Source of the DNA: Paraspadella gotoi
Lineage: Eukaryota > Animalia > Chaetognatha
Assembly: GCA_051294375.1 (NCBI GenBank)
Contig: CM119270.1
Span: 1,622,833-1,645,002 of the forward strand
DNA length: 22,170 nucleotides
Direction of reading: 5' to 3'
In this document: positions 1-10,018 of the stretch, one piece after another
How positions within the stretch are numbered: the first letter of the stretch is position 1
How the letters are laid out: each line of letters begins with the position of its first letter
Program-made: the position numbers and the translations under genes
The notes under the pieces: model-generated
The model's input: the letters and a program-made list of their open reading frames with translations, nothing else
Databases searched by the model: none
Told to the model about the DNA's origin: nothing

Positions 1-254
1 GAAAATTTATCAGTTAGAGAATGATAGAGAGACAGACAGACAGAGAGAGAGAGAGAAAGAGAGAGAGAGTCTGTGTGTTATTCTGATAAAAGATAGAAAA
101 GTGCACGCGGGACTAATTATATAATTTTAAATCTGCGACTGGAAAATGAAAGAAAGAAGCAGCCACAGCAGTAACTGCAGCAACCATAGCAGTAACAGCA
201 GCTGCCACAATAGTTACAGTAGCGGTGGGAGTAAGTGCAGCTGTTGTTTCAGAA

Positions 255-728
255 NNNNNNNNNNNNNNNNNNNNNNNNNNNNNNNNNNNNNNNNNNNNNN
301 NNNNNNNNNNNNNNNNNNNNNNNNNNNNNNNNNNNNNNNNNNNNNNNNNNNNNNNNNNNNNNNNNNNNNNNNNNNNNNNNNNNNNNNNNNNNNNNNNNNN
401 NNNNNNNNNNNNNNNNNNNNNNNNNNNNNNNNNNNNNNNNNNTCCTTTCTTTTCCTTTCCTTTTTCCTTTTCTTTCCTTTCCTTCTTCTTTCTTTTCTTT
501 CCTTTCCTTCTTTCTTTTCTTTTCTTTCCTTTCCTTNNNNNNNNNNNNNNNNNNNNNNNNNNNNNNNNNNNNNNNNNNNNNNNNNNNNNNNNNNNNNNNN
601 NNNNNNNNNNNNNNNNNNNNNNNNNNNNNNNNNNNNNNNNNNNNNNNNNNNNNNNNNNNNNNNNNNNNNNNNNNNNNNNNNNNNNNNNNNNNNNNNNNNN
701 NNNNNNNNNNNNNNNNNNNNNNNNNNNN
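255..728. other. Two assembly gaps flanking a pyrimidine-only (T/C) low-complexity island
   Basis: N runs at 255-442 and 537-728; 443-536 is TTTC/TTCC-type low complexity. Further gaps at 1277-1301, 9994-10018, 20011-20597, 21233-21474 and 21701-22019. Confidence 0.98.
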
Positions 729-800
729 NTTCTTTTCCTTTCCTTTCCTTTCTTTTCCCCAACTTCCTTTTCCCTCCCTTTCCCAATTTTTTTCCTCCAG

Positions 801-1034
801 ATCAAATTTCCGCTCGCGTCCTTCCGTCGTCTTGGTTACCAACTATTCATCCGGAGGCGACGAAGTAAACAAAAACACGAAAACAAAACATCGACAGTCG
901 AAATAATAATAAAAAAAACAACAAAGAAACGAGGAAACAGAAAAAAAAGAAACAAGAAAAAACGTGGACTTCGCGAAAATTCTTTCGTCGTCGTCGTCGT
1001 CGTCGTCGTCGTCTTTCTTCGGCCGATTCCAGAG
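801..1034 (+). CDS. Possible plus-strand exon, unknown product (IKFPLASF...FLRPIPE)
   Basis: Long pyrimidine tract 729-798 ending CCAG at 800; donor GAG|GTGAGA at 1035; 234 nt open in phase 0-0. Largely A-rich and (TCG)n, so the open frame may be compositional. Confidence 0.25.
985..1013. repeat. (TCG)n trinucleotide microsatellite
   Basis: About nine consecutive TCG units. Confidence 0.95.
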
Positions 1035-1347
1035 GTGAGATGAGCTGTGAAGTCCTTTCACTGGAAATGACGTTGTGAAAGAAAAATTATTAAATATTTA
1101 ACTGAAAAAAAGTTCTTTAAATGAGTTTTTATATACATAAATACGTAATGTACGGCGATATCAAGCTGGGTGAACGGCCGCGATATTTTTGAACCGAGTG
1201 ACAATCCGTGAATTTAATTTTCTACGGTTGTTTCATGCAGGGTGTTAGTCGGTGACAATCTTTAACAGTCTGTGATNNNNNNNNNNNNNNNNNNNNNNNN
1301 NTTTTAAGCGACGAACAAAAGCCAGTTGTTCCACCGCCGGCGACTTA

Positions 1348-1430
1348 TTCTCTCTTCCTCTCTCTCCTCTCTCTCTACTCTCTCTCTCCTCTCTCTCTCT
1401 TCATCTCTCTTCTTCTCTCATCTTCTCTCT

Positions 1431-1462
<32 letters not shown>

Positions 1463-1577
1463 TCTTCGCAAAATCGCGCCAATCCCAAATTAGTGTCAAA
1501 TTCGATTTCACTTCTGCTTCGAACAACCTTTCCATTCTCTCTCTCTCCTCTTCCTCTCTCTCCTCTCTTCTCTCTCT

Positions 1578-1626
<49 letters not shown>

Positions 1627-1687
1627 TCTCTCTCTCTCTCTCTCCTCTCTCCTCTCCTCTTTCTCTCTCTCTCTCTCTTCTCCTCTC
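1348..1687. repeat. Imperfect (CT)n microsatellite blocks
   Basis: CT-rich runs at ~1348-1466 and ~1536-1687; these produce the ER/SL-repeat ORFs in the track. Confidence 0.95.
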
Positions 1688-1689
1688 AG

Positions 1690-1818
1690 TGGGAGTGGCC
1701 CACTGACCGACGACTGGAGGTAAACAGCGTTAATAGGCATTCCGGAGGAGAAATTAACGCCTCCAACATGGTTGTCGTTTGTTGTTGTCGTTTTTGTGTC
1801 GTTGTTTGTTGCATGATG
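1690..1818 (+). CDS. Possible plus-strand exon (WEWPTDRRLEVNSVNRHSGGEINASNMV...)
   Basis: CT tract ending CTCAG at 1689; in-frame donors GAG|GTAAAC (1720) and ATG|GTGAGT (1819); phase 0-0, compatible with 801-1034. The opposite strand is also open here. Confidence 0.25.
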
Positions 1819-2258
1819 GTGAGTTTGTTTCAGCTTCCGTCGTGCCGTAAAAGCGAACAGATTTAGTAAAGCGAAAAGAAGGGCAGGAAGTTAAAATCAA
1901 AAGAAAATAGAACAAAGAAATAAAAAGGTTTAAACCTAAAACAAAATCGGTTCATCCAATGTTGTTTGCCGCCGCAAATGACTTTTATTTTCCGTTGTAT
2001 ATTCTTGCGATCTTGACATGACATGACCGTGAGCATTGACATGAATTTGAATGACTAGTACCCCCCGTTTTAATATTTTTTAATTTTTTTCTCTAGGGTT
2101 AGGTAGACCGTTGTATTTATGAGACACTCACTGCATAGGAATTCCATCTTTTTTTATTCTTTATAGTTTTAGGATTTCCTGAAGGCTGGCGCTGGGAGTT
2201 CACTGTTAGATTTGAATGTTTTTTTTTTCTTCTTTCACAAATAGCAGCAACCCCTTTA

Positions 2259-2451
2259 CTATAGGTGCAAATAATGTGGAACTCTTTTCCTGCCAAGAGC
2301 CACGGGGAACTGGGGCTGGAAGGGAGCTTGAGGGGTTATCAGACCCCCAAGGCTGGTGTTTACGACCGTCCTCACGGTTCCCGCAGGGGAGTACCGGTTG
2401 GGAATTGGAACCCGCGGTACCTTAGTGGTCGAAGAGCCTGATGGCTTTCTA
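2259..2451 (-). CDS. Probable minus-strand exon, Pro/Ser/Thr-rich (CRKPSGSSTTKVPRVPIPNRYSPAG...)
   Basis: GC-rich island; acceptor CACTTAG| at 2452; phase 2 entry matches exon 2602-2516 across a 64-nt GT-AG intron. Stop at 2259-2261, or with an indel it may extend to the donor GCA|GTGAGT at 2131. Confidence 0.45.
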
Positions 2452-2515
2452 CTAAGTGTGAACCATACTAATAGCCGCACGTTAACTTAATTCAAAGCCC
2501 CGACTATACCCTTAC

Positions 2516-2602
2516 CATTTGGGTGGTGAGGAAAAAATCAGCGGTTTATCGGAATGCAGCCGACCTTGAGTTAGGTTGGATGGACTGGTGCTGAATTCGC
2601 GG
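2516..2602 (-). CDS. Probable minus-strand internal exon (REFSTSPSNLTQGRLHSDKPLIFSSPPK)
   Basis: Preceded on - by a long TC-rich tract; acceptor CTTCCTTTTAG|, donor ATG|GTAAGG; 87 nt; only the phase 2-2 frame is open. Confidence 0.55.
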
Positions 2603-2620
2603 CTAAAAGGAAGCCGATTG

Positions 2621-2800
2621 GATGAGAGAGGAGAGAGAGATGAGAGAGATGACTATCGAGGAGAGAGAGAGAGAGAGAGACGAGCAGAGAAAGAGGGATA
2701 AGACGAGACGAGAGAGAGAGATGAGAGAGGAGAGAAGACGAACGAGGTGATGGCCTGACGAGTGAAGAGAGGAGAGCAGAGACGACGAGAGGGAGGGAGA
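2621..2800. repeat. Degenerate (GA)n tract with GAC/GAT interruptions
   Basis: Purine-rich GA repeats. Confidence 0.9.
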
Positions 2801-3528
2801 AAAAAATGAAAGCCCACCATTGTTGTCCCTGTTTTATGACAGAATTTTTCCCCTTTCGCCAGATTTTCTTTTTTCTTTGTAACCCTTCGTGGAGAATTCG
2901 TTTATTTGTTTGTGCGAATCTTCCTTGTTAGAAATGATTTTCCCTTCATTGAATGTTCTACAATTATAGAACCTTTGTTTGTGTCAATTGAACATTTGGC
3001 CTTTTTTAGAATTTAAGAAATATGGTTACAACCGATATGATATATAGTTTATTAATGAGGTCAGCCACCCTTGAACCCTGTCTGGGGAATTGATGGCGAT
3101 AACGCTTATCAATATCCCAAAAGTGCGTATTTTGTCCTTAACATTATATATATACATTAAAATAAAAAATTTGCCAAAATTTACAAATTATAATATAGAC
3201 TAAAATTTTAACACGAAATATATATTAATAAAGGTTAACATATTTTATTTAAGTTAATTAAAATTTTAGAGGTGATTTCTTAGAATTTATTGTTTTTGAT
3301 TTGTTATTAATTATTTATTATTATTCAGTTTAGATTTTCATATTTATTTATTGTAATGTGGAACCTGAGATGAATGTTAGTTATTGTCTTTTGAAAAAAT
3401 ACGATGGAAGCAATACTAATCAACACAAGTGAAAAAAATTTTTATTTAATCCTGTCCTGGTCTGGATTTTTATATTATTATATCGTGTTGTTTTGAAAAG
3501 AAAAAGTACAAGTCAAAATCAAACTTAC

Positions 3529-3700
3529 CCTTAACTCAACTTCAATCCCTACCCCCGTCCCATTACCCCAATTTCTCCGCCATTACCCCTTCTTGATGTC
3601 TCACGACTTTGACCCACAACATTACTAGCGAAACCATTGGACCTCTCATTGGCTCCTCACAAGCCTCAAGCCTCTCACATGGGCCTTTCGGCTTTTGTGT
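3529..3700 (-). other. Probable minus-strand exon; no clean reading frame as assembled
   Basis: Acceptor CTCTTTCTTCCCTCCAG| at 3701 and donor AGG|GTAAGT at 3528 bound a GC-richer island. All three frames contain stops, so it is non-coding or carries indel errors. Confidence 0.45.
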
Positions 3701-3794
3701 CTGGAGGGAAGAAAGAGGCGGAGGTTTCATGCGGTTTTTTTTTTTTATTCCTTTTTTGTAGAATCAAGGGAGCTGCTTTTCGGGAGTTTTGACC

Positions 3795-3955
3795 TTCAGT
3801 TGCATTCAGTTCTCGCATTTTGCTTTTCAGTCGAATTCAGTCGCTATTCAGTTCAGCATTCTAGTCGCATTCAGTCGATCGAATTCAGTTCGCATTTAGT
3901 TTCCCGCATTCAGTCGCCATTCAGTCGAATATTCAGTCGCATTCAGTCGCATCAG
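3795..3955 (+). repeat. Degenerate ~10-bp minisatellite, consensus CATTCAGTCG
   Basis: More than a dozen imperfect copies of (A)TTCAGT(CG/T). Confidence 0.85.
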
Positions 3956-3974
3956 CAAAGGAGTTTCCATCAAA

Positions 3975-4095
3975 ATGGCTTCTCTCTTCTCTCTCCATCT
4001 CATCTCCTCTCTCTCTCTCTCTCTCTCTTCTCTTCTCTCTTCTCTTCTTCTCTCTCTTCCTCTCCTCTCTCTTTCTCTCGTGTTTTGTTCCTTTG
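3975..4095 (+). CDS. Possible signal-peptide-like first coding exon (MASLFSLHL...LSLVFCSF)
   Basis: CAAAATGG start context and phase-1 donor TTG|GTGAGC at 4096. The Leu/Ser content comes from a (CT)n tract, so support is weak. Confidence 0.2.
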
Positions 4096-5616
4096 GTGAG
4101 CCTTTTTTTTCAAAACCAAGCCCATCGTTCGCCAACTGCGCACCGCCACCTGCATGCTCCCATCTGCGTATTCCCATCTGGCATATCCCGTCTGTTACTT
4201 TCCCGGGCTTGTGCGTCTTTTACGGATTTACATCTTTGGTTGTTTTTTAAAAATTAGATGATTTATTTTTTTTATTGTGTGTTTTTTTTCCTTTCGTGTT
4301 TATGTATTTATGCATCTGTTTTTTTTTCGTGTCTTACTGGACAGCTTTACTTATTTTTTTGTCAACTGTCGCGGTTCTATTTCGCCTCTTATGGTGAATC
4401 ATTCCAGTTTCTTTTTTCTTTTTTCTAAATTCCATCTGTTTCTGTCCGATTCGTGTCTGACGCTGACCGTCTATTCTTATAAGACAAACAAATAAATAAT
4501 TTCATTAATAAATAAAAAAAACTAAATAAAACTTCAGCATTCGAAAAAAATAAAAAAAACAAGAGAAATAAAGGTTTTTCTTGTTTGTTGTTGTTTGTTT
4601 GGTCCTTTGTTTGCTCTTCGTGGTTGTTTTTTTGATCTGTCGTCAATCATTAAAAATGGAGTCGTCCTTTTATTTTCGACTGCGTCGTCGTTCGTTCGTC
4701 GTCGTCGTTCGTCGTCGTTCGTCGGATTCGTTTCACGAAAACCATCTAAATTCGGACACAACAAACTTGATTTATGTGTGGAAAAAAGATAAAAAATATT
4801 TTTTGCAGGGGAAGGAAAGGGGAAAAAAAGAGAACGGTAAGATGCATGATTGATGATAGATGATGCCATTGATGATGACGATGATGAAAATGAAAGTCGT
4901 AAATTGTTGTTGCTGTTTTAGACTATGAAAGGTAAACGATTGACCGAGATAAATGAATGTTACTATCATGACAGAAAATATTGCAGGTATAGATAGCTCG
5001 TGCATTGGAAAATAGACTTCCAACATTAAACAATGAAGACGACGGCAGAGACCGACGACGGGAATTAATAAACCGAAGGGGGAACCGGACACGACGGACG
5101 AACACAATGAGATGTATATTTGAAACTGGCAATCAGGGTCGACGAAGAAGACGAGAGGAGGAGAAGCCTTGGTTTTTTCTTGTTTAGAATGGAATTTTCC
5201 CCGAGATTGCCTACCATTTCACGCCTTACTTTGACATAATCCCTATTTTCTCTCTCTTCTCTCTCTCTCCTCTCCTCTCTTCTCTCTTTTCTCTCTTCCT
5301 TAAAACAACAGATTTTCGTGTTGAGTTGACGAAATTGTACCTTCGGATCGTTTAACTGACACGGCAGTGTCGATAAGCGGTAGAGATTATAAGTGATAAA
5401 GATTATCAATGATATTGTCGTGTGATGTCATACACTGCAAAGTTTTGTGACATATCATGTGAAAATCATGTCAGAGCCAAAGTTTCGATGAGTCGTGAAT
5501 CGTGACACATATCACCAGTGGCGATTCACCATTCACCAAGCTCAAAGTGAAACTCCAGGGAAGATTAAGAATTTAAAACCAGTTTGTTCAACGAGTCAAT
5601 AAAAACCTCTTCTACA

Positions 5617-5619
<3 letters not shown>

Positions 5620-5701
<82 letters not shown>

Positions 5702-5793
5702 CTCTTCTCTTCTCTCTTTTCTTATCGATCGTTTCCGGCTTTAGTTCCGGCAGAATTCACTGGCTCTCTTCTCTCTCTCTCTCTCTCTCCTCT

Positions 5794-5835
<42 letters not shown>

Positions 5836-5837
5836 CT
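5620..5837. repeat. (CT)n microsatellite blocks
   Basis: Runs at ~5620-5722 and ~5764-5837; a similar run at ~5247-5299. Confidence 0.95.
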
Positions 5838-6274
5838 CGATTCCCGCAGGACAGTCTACAAAGTCCTTGCTTGTTTGACGGGCAGAGGGCGTGTCCGATG
5901 GAATAATGTGTTCTTTGCCCGATCTTTTGTTCGTCATATTAAATTTGTACAACAAATATAAAAATTATCCATTAAATAAATAAATAATCTATCTTGCCCC
6001 TGACTTTGGACAGGCTATGGTGGTTTAAGGCCTCCATCACTCTTACAAGATTCAAAGCAGTTTTCAATCAAGATTCTCTCACAGTCTCACAGTCTTACAC
6101 TCTCAGAGTACCTGACTTTCATATCAATGAAGTGGTAAATTTTTTGTTTTGTTTTGATTTGTTTTTTTTTGTTATGAAATGTTTCAATTATTCGTATAAA
6201 AAGTATTATATCGAGGAATGTTATGTTTTTTCCTGCATTAAAATCAAAATACAAGGAGCCGAACAGTCACGTAC

Positions 6275-6457
6275 ATCGTCTTTGTCCGCTTCTTCCTCTC
6301 TGTCCGCTCTGTCCGCTCGTCTTCGTCCGAACGACCGGAAACCGAGTTCTCTCTTTTTCTCGGTCGAAGAAATTCGAGGCGGAAAAAAAAGTCTCAAGGC
6401 GCCGGAAGAGAAAATCGTAGAATCGTTCGGCTCCATTAACAGAAATCGATGCCAGGG
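6275..6457 (-). CDS. Possible minus-strand internal exon (PWHRFLLMEPNDS...ADREEEADKDD)
   Basis: On -, a (TC)n tract then CCCCACATTAG|; donor GAT|GTACGT; 183 nt, phase 0-0, compatible with the phase-0 exit of exon 12514-12380. Other frames, including on +, are also open. Confidence 0.35.
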
Positions 6458-6475
6458 CTAATGTGGGGAGGGAAG

Positions 6476-6493
6476 GGAGAGAGAGAGAGAGAC

Positions 6494-6537
<44 letters not shown>
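6476..6537. repeat. (GA)n microsatellite
   Basis: Direct GA run. Confidence 0.95.
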
Positions 6538-6725
6538 TGGTTATATACAAATGTATACGTTGTACATCCGATTAAAATTATCTTAATTTTTTTTTAAACT
6601 GATATACGTATACATATCATATGACATATATCATATATCATATGTCTTAACGTGAGACAATATTACCATTTGACCAAGTAAACATACGGATTATCCAGAT
6701 GTATTAATTTTTTTTCATTTAACAG

Positions 6726-7025
6726 GGTAACGAGTCGGAAGAAGAGGAAACAGACAGACGGACGTCACTAGGACAACGGAAGGACAAACAGACTTTTTCA
6801 AATTCTGTTTCTGAGTTCAAAACCAAAACAAAACAAGAAGAGCAGCACGCGGAATTAGAGGAAAACAAAAAAGAAACAAAAGACTCCCTCTCTATCTCTT
6901 TATATGAAAAAAGAGCGACCGAAAAAAAACAAAGGAGCAAAACAAAAACAAAACAAAAAAACAAAACGAAAGGAAGAAACAAGACGTCTTTAAATCGAAG
7001 CGGAACAACATTTTCTTTATTTTAG
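6726..7025 (+). CDS. Possible plus-strand terminal exon, charged (GNESEEEETDRRTSLGQRKDK...)
   Basis: Acceptor TTTTTTTTCATTTAACAG| at 6725; 99 codons to TAG at 7023-7025. T-poor sequence lowers stop frequency, so support is weak. Confidence 0.25.
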   Translation, partial: GNESEEEETDRRTSLGQRKDKQTFSNSVSEFKTKTKQEEQHAELEENKKETKDSLSISLYEKRATEKKQRSKTKTKQKNKTKGRNKTSLNRSGTTFSLF

Positions 7026-7944
7026 GCTACGAAGAATTTGGAACGAACAAAAACTTTATAAGCTAATGTAATTGTAAGAAAAGAAGTAAAACAATTGTAA
7101 AAAAAACAATAAAAGAAAACGTGAAGAAAGAAAACGCAAAGTCCGAAAACTTAAATCTCGATTACGATAAAAGAAACGAAAGAAAAAAAAAGAAAAAAAA
7201 TAAAAGAGAAAAGAAAAGAAAAAAAAACAAACAAAAAAACAACTTTGTCCTAAAAACTCAAGTTTCTTTTTTGGTATCGATTTTTTTAATCCACGAGTTT
7301 TATTTCTTTTCTCTTTCTTCCACTCTCTCTCTCTCTATTTCGATAATTATAACGAAATTATATCTTTTTATATATATATATACATATACCTCCTTCTATT
7401 AGAACGTGCACGATCGTTGAACGTCTTGCCCTTAAAAAAGGTAGTTTAGTAGAAAATAAATCTATATTGATTAAAAAAAATATTAATATTAATTAAAAAA
7501 AAACAAACATCAGGAACGAACAAAGAACGAATCATTGATATAAACAAACAAAATTTTTTTATCGATATATCTACCTATTTAAAATAAAAATAATGCCACA
7601 TTAAATAGCACGTCGACTATTATTATACTTGTTCTTTTAAGAAAAAAAAGAAAAAAAAAGAAAATAAACAACGAATCATCCATTTTTTCGCTTTTAAATA
7701 ATAAAAAACTATTTTTTTCATAAACAAAACACACGGGGAAATAAATCATTTTTCGGTTATCAAATTCGAACAACGCACCCACACAAAAGAAAAGAAATTA
7801 CTGATAAACAAGCAAATCGTTGAAATTAAATAAAAAAAAACCCCAAGCAAATCATCAAGCAGTAATAAAACGGTTCGATCAACGCTGGAACAAAAACAAA
7901 AATAGAAGAGGAAAAACCTGACTAAACCTTTTTGAAAAAAAAAT

Positions 7945-9982
7945 ACAACAAAAAAAACAAACAAAAAACATCGCCGCACGAATAAAAAAGTTAAATTGAT
8001 GGCGTGAAGTTTTGCAGTCACAAACAAAACGGATCACGGTCCGTTCATAAGCGACAAAATTCACGGCGAAACCCCACGTTACACTTAAGAGAAAACGCTC
8101 GCTTTCCCAACGGTTATTTAAAACAAAAGGGATTATGAGTTATAATTAATAAAACATTGTTTACGGCTCGCTAAATAGTATTTAAAAGAGAAAAGAAAAA
8201 AAAACCATCCATTTTAAAATCGATTTGGATAAATATATACAAATTTATATAATTTATTAATATTTTTAAAACGATTTTATTAAAATATTAAAAAAAAAAC
8301 AACGGTCGAAAAAACGAACTGAATCGACCGTAAAATAAATGCCAGACGCTTAAAAAAAAAAAGAACACAGGAAAGAAACAACAAACCAAAAAGCAACAAC
8401 AACAACAACGAACAGGTTCTCGAATTGAAGAATCTCAGAGTTTTCGAGTTTTTTAAATTTAACCGAAGTCCCCCCCCTAGCCCCCCCCCCCCATTCAAAT
8501 TCCTTTTTAAACACGACGTCGTCGTTTAACAGAAAAAACAACAACAAAAGACGAAACAGAAACTAAAAAAAAAAAACTGTTTTTTTAAAGAATAATAAGA
8601 CTCAACAATAAAGAATCAATTGAAAAAAAAAAAAAACAACGCCCCAAATAGAAGTAACGCGTAAAATTTAACCACTGTGTCATCGTTAGACAACACTAGG
8701 TGTTTCTCTTCGCTAAACTGCCACCACTTTTTGATGTGTAGTCTTTTAATCGTGAGTCGGGAGGCGTCTTTGTTCGACGGACTGCGTACGTACGAGCGTT
8801 AAGAGAGAATTAAAAAACAAAAAAAAAAAACAAAACCCGAACTGACCAAAAGAAAACAAAATATCCGCTCTCGCCCTCAAGCAAAAAACAAAATACATAA
8901 TAACAACAAAGCATATCGATGAACCTCGATCCCACTTTGATTATGAAACGTTTCCATCCTTAATTGATTCCGTTAGTATGATTTAAATGTAAATTTGTTT
9001 CTGCAATTAAAGAAACAAATTGAAAAGATATCGAATATAAACAAGACAAAAAACGGGGAAAATAAAACTGAGACCAAATTTTGAGAGAAAATTTGCAAAA
9101 AAAACACCCCGAAAAAAAAAAGAGAGTTTTATTCCGCTCTTCTATCATCAAACTTCATCATCCGACTACATCAACCCAATTCTTCTCCATCATTTTATTC
9201 CGTAACGGAATTCGCCTAGCTACAGATAACAACAACACACATCAACAACAACCGTATCTGTAACAGAGTCATTGATTAATTTTCCAACCTGTATCGCGAT
9301 GAGTAACCAGAAGCACCTCTTTCGTAGACTTATAACAAAACAAAAACAACGAAACAGCTAAAAACTATAAAAACATTCGTTTCCCACGGGAGACTTTAGA
9401 TCAATGAGAAAAACAAAACAGTTTGTTTCCATGTTGGACAAAGAAGAAACGAAAAAAGGTCCTCTTCTCTTCCTCCTCCTCGCTCCTCTCTCGCCTTCCT
9501 CCCTTTCTCCTCCGATATTGTAATCTCTCCCCGATGAAGAGAAACTAAATCTAGACCGACCGACCAAAATAAAACCAAAAAAAACAAAAGAACAACGTTG
9601 AAATTTAAACAGAAGCAAAGAAAAAAACAATGGAAGCTTGTCCTTGCGAATAAAAAACGAGGTGAAAAAAACAAAAGCAACCAGATAATGCTTTTAAAAA
9701 AAAAAGAGCTATTAAATCAATCGACAAAAAACGACAAAAAATAACCGACAACGACACGACGCACAAACGTCTTCTGCCCGCTAGCGGCCGAAGCCAAAAA
9801 CGATTAGAAAAACAGCATAGACAATTCTTAAAACTCGTAGAAAAAAGAAAAGAGAAATCACCACACGACATTCCCAAAAAACATTTTTTTATATTATTTT
9901 TTTGTTTTCTCTCTGCAATTTATAAGGTGAGTTTAGAAAGCCTGTGTTGACTGAATGGAAAGTGTTTTATTGCAATGACTAA
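7945..9982. repeat. Copy 1 of a ~2 kb direct duplication
   Basis: Collinear with 10019-12015 from ...AAAAAAGTTAAATTGATGGCGTGAAG to ...GCAATGACTAA. Confidence 0.97.
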
Positions 9983-10018
9983 ATCTCTCTCTTNNNNNNN
10001 NNNNNNNNNNNNNNNNNN

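Noticed and set aside
113-906. Long ORFs spanning N runs (also 19893-20645 and 21012-22114)
   Set aside because: Their length comes from gaps translated as X.
2305-2505. Structured ncRNA or ribozyme (stems GGGGT/ACCCC, GTACCG/CGGTAC, CTTAGT/ACTAAG, GGGGCT/AGCCCC)
   Set aside because: No hammerhead, HDV, twister or RNase P/MRP core. Short stems are expected in GC-rich DNA and phase-compatible - strand exons explain the island. An Rfam cmscan would settle it.
4772-5150. Membrane-protein segment on - (GPCR or Cys-loop TM-like)
   Set aside because: Hydrophobicity can come from T-rich composition; no diagnostic motif or bounding splice sites.
6330-6420. WH2-like motif on + (SVEEIRGGKKSLKAPEEK)
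   Set aside because: Loose similarity only, no LKKT-type match, poor + splice sites, and splice signals favour the - strand.
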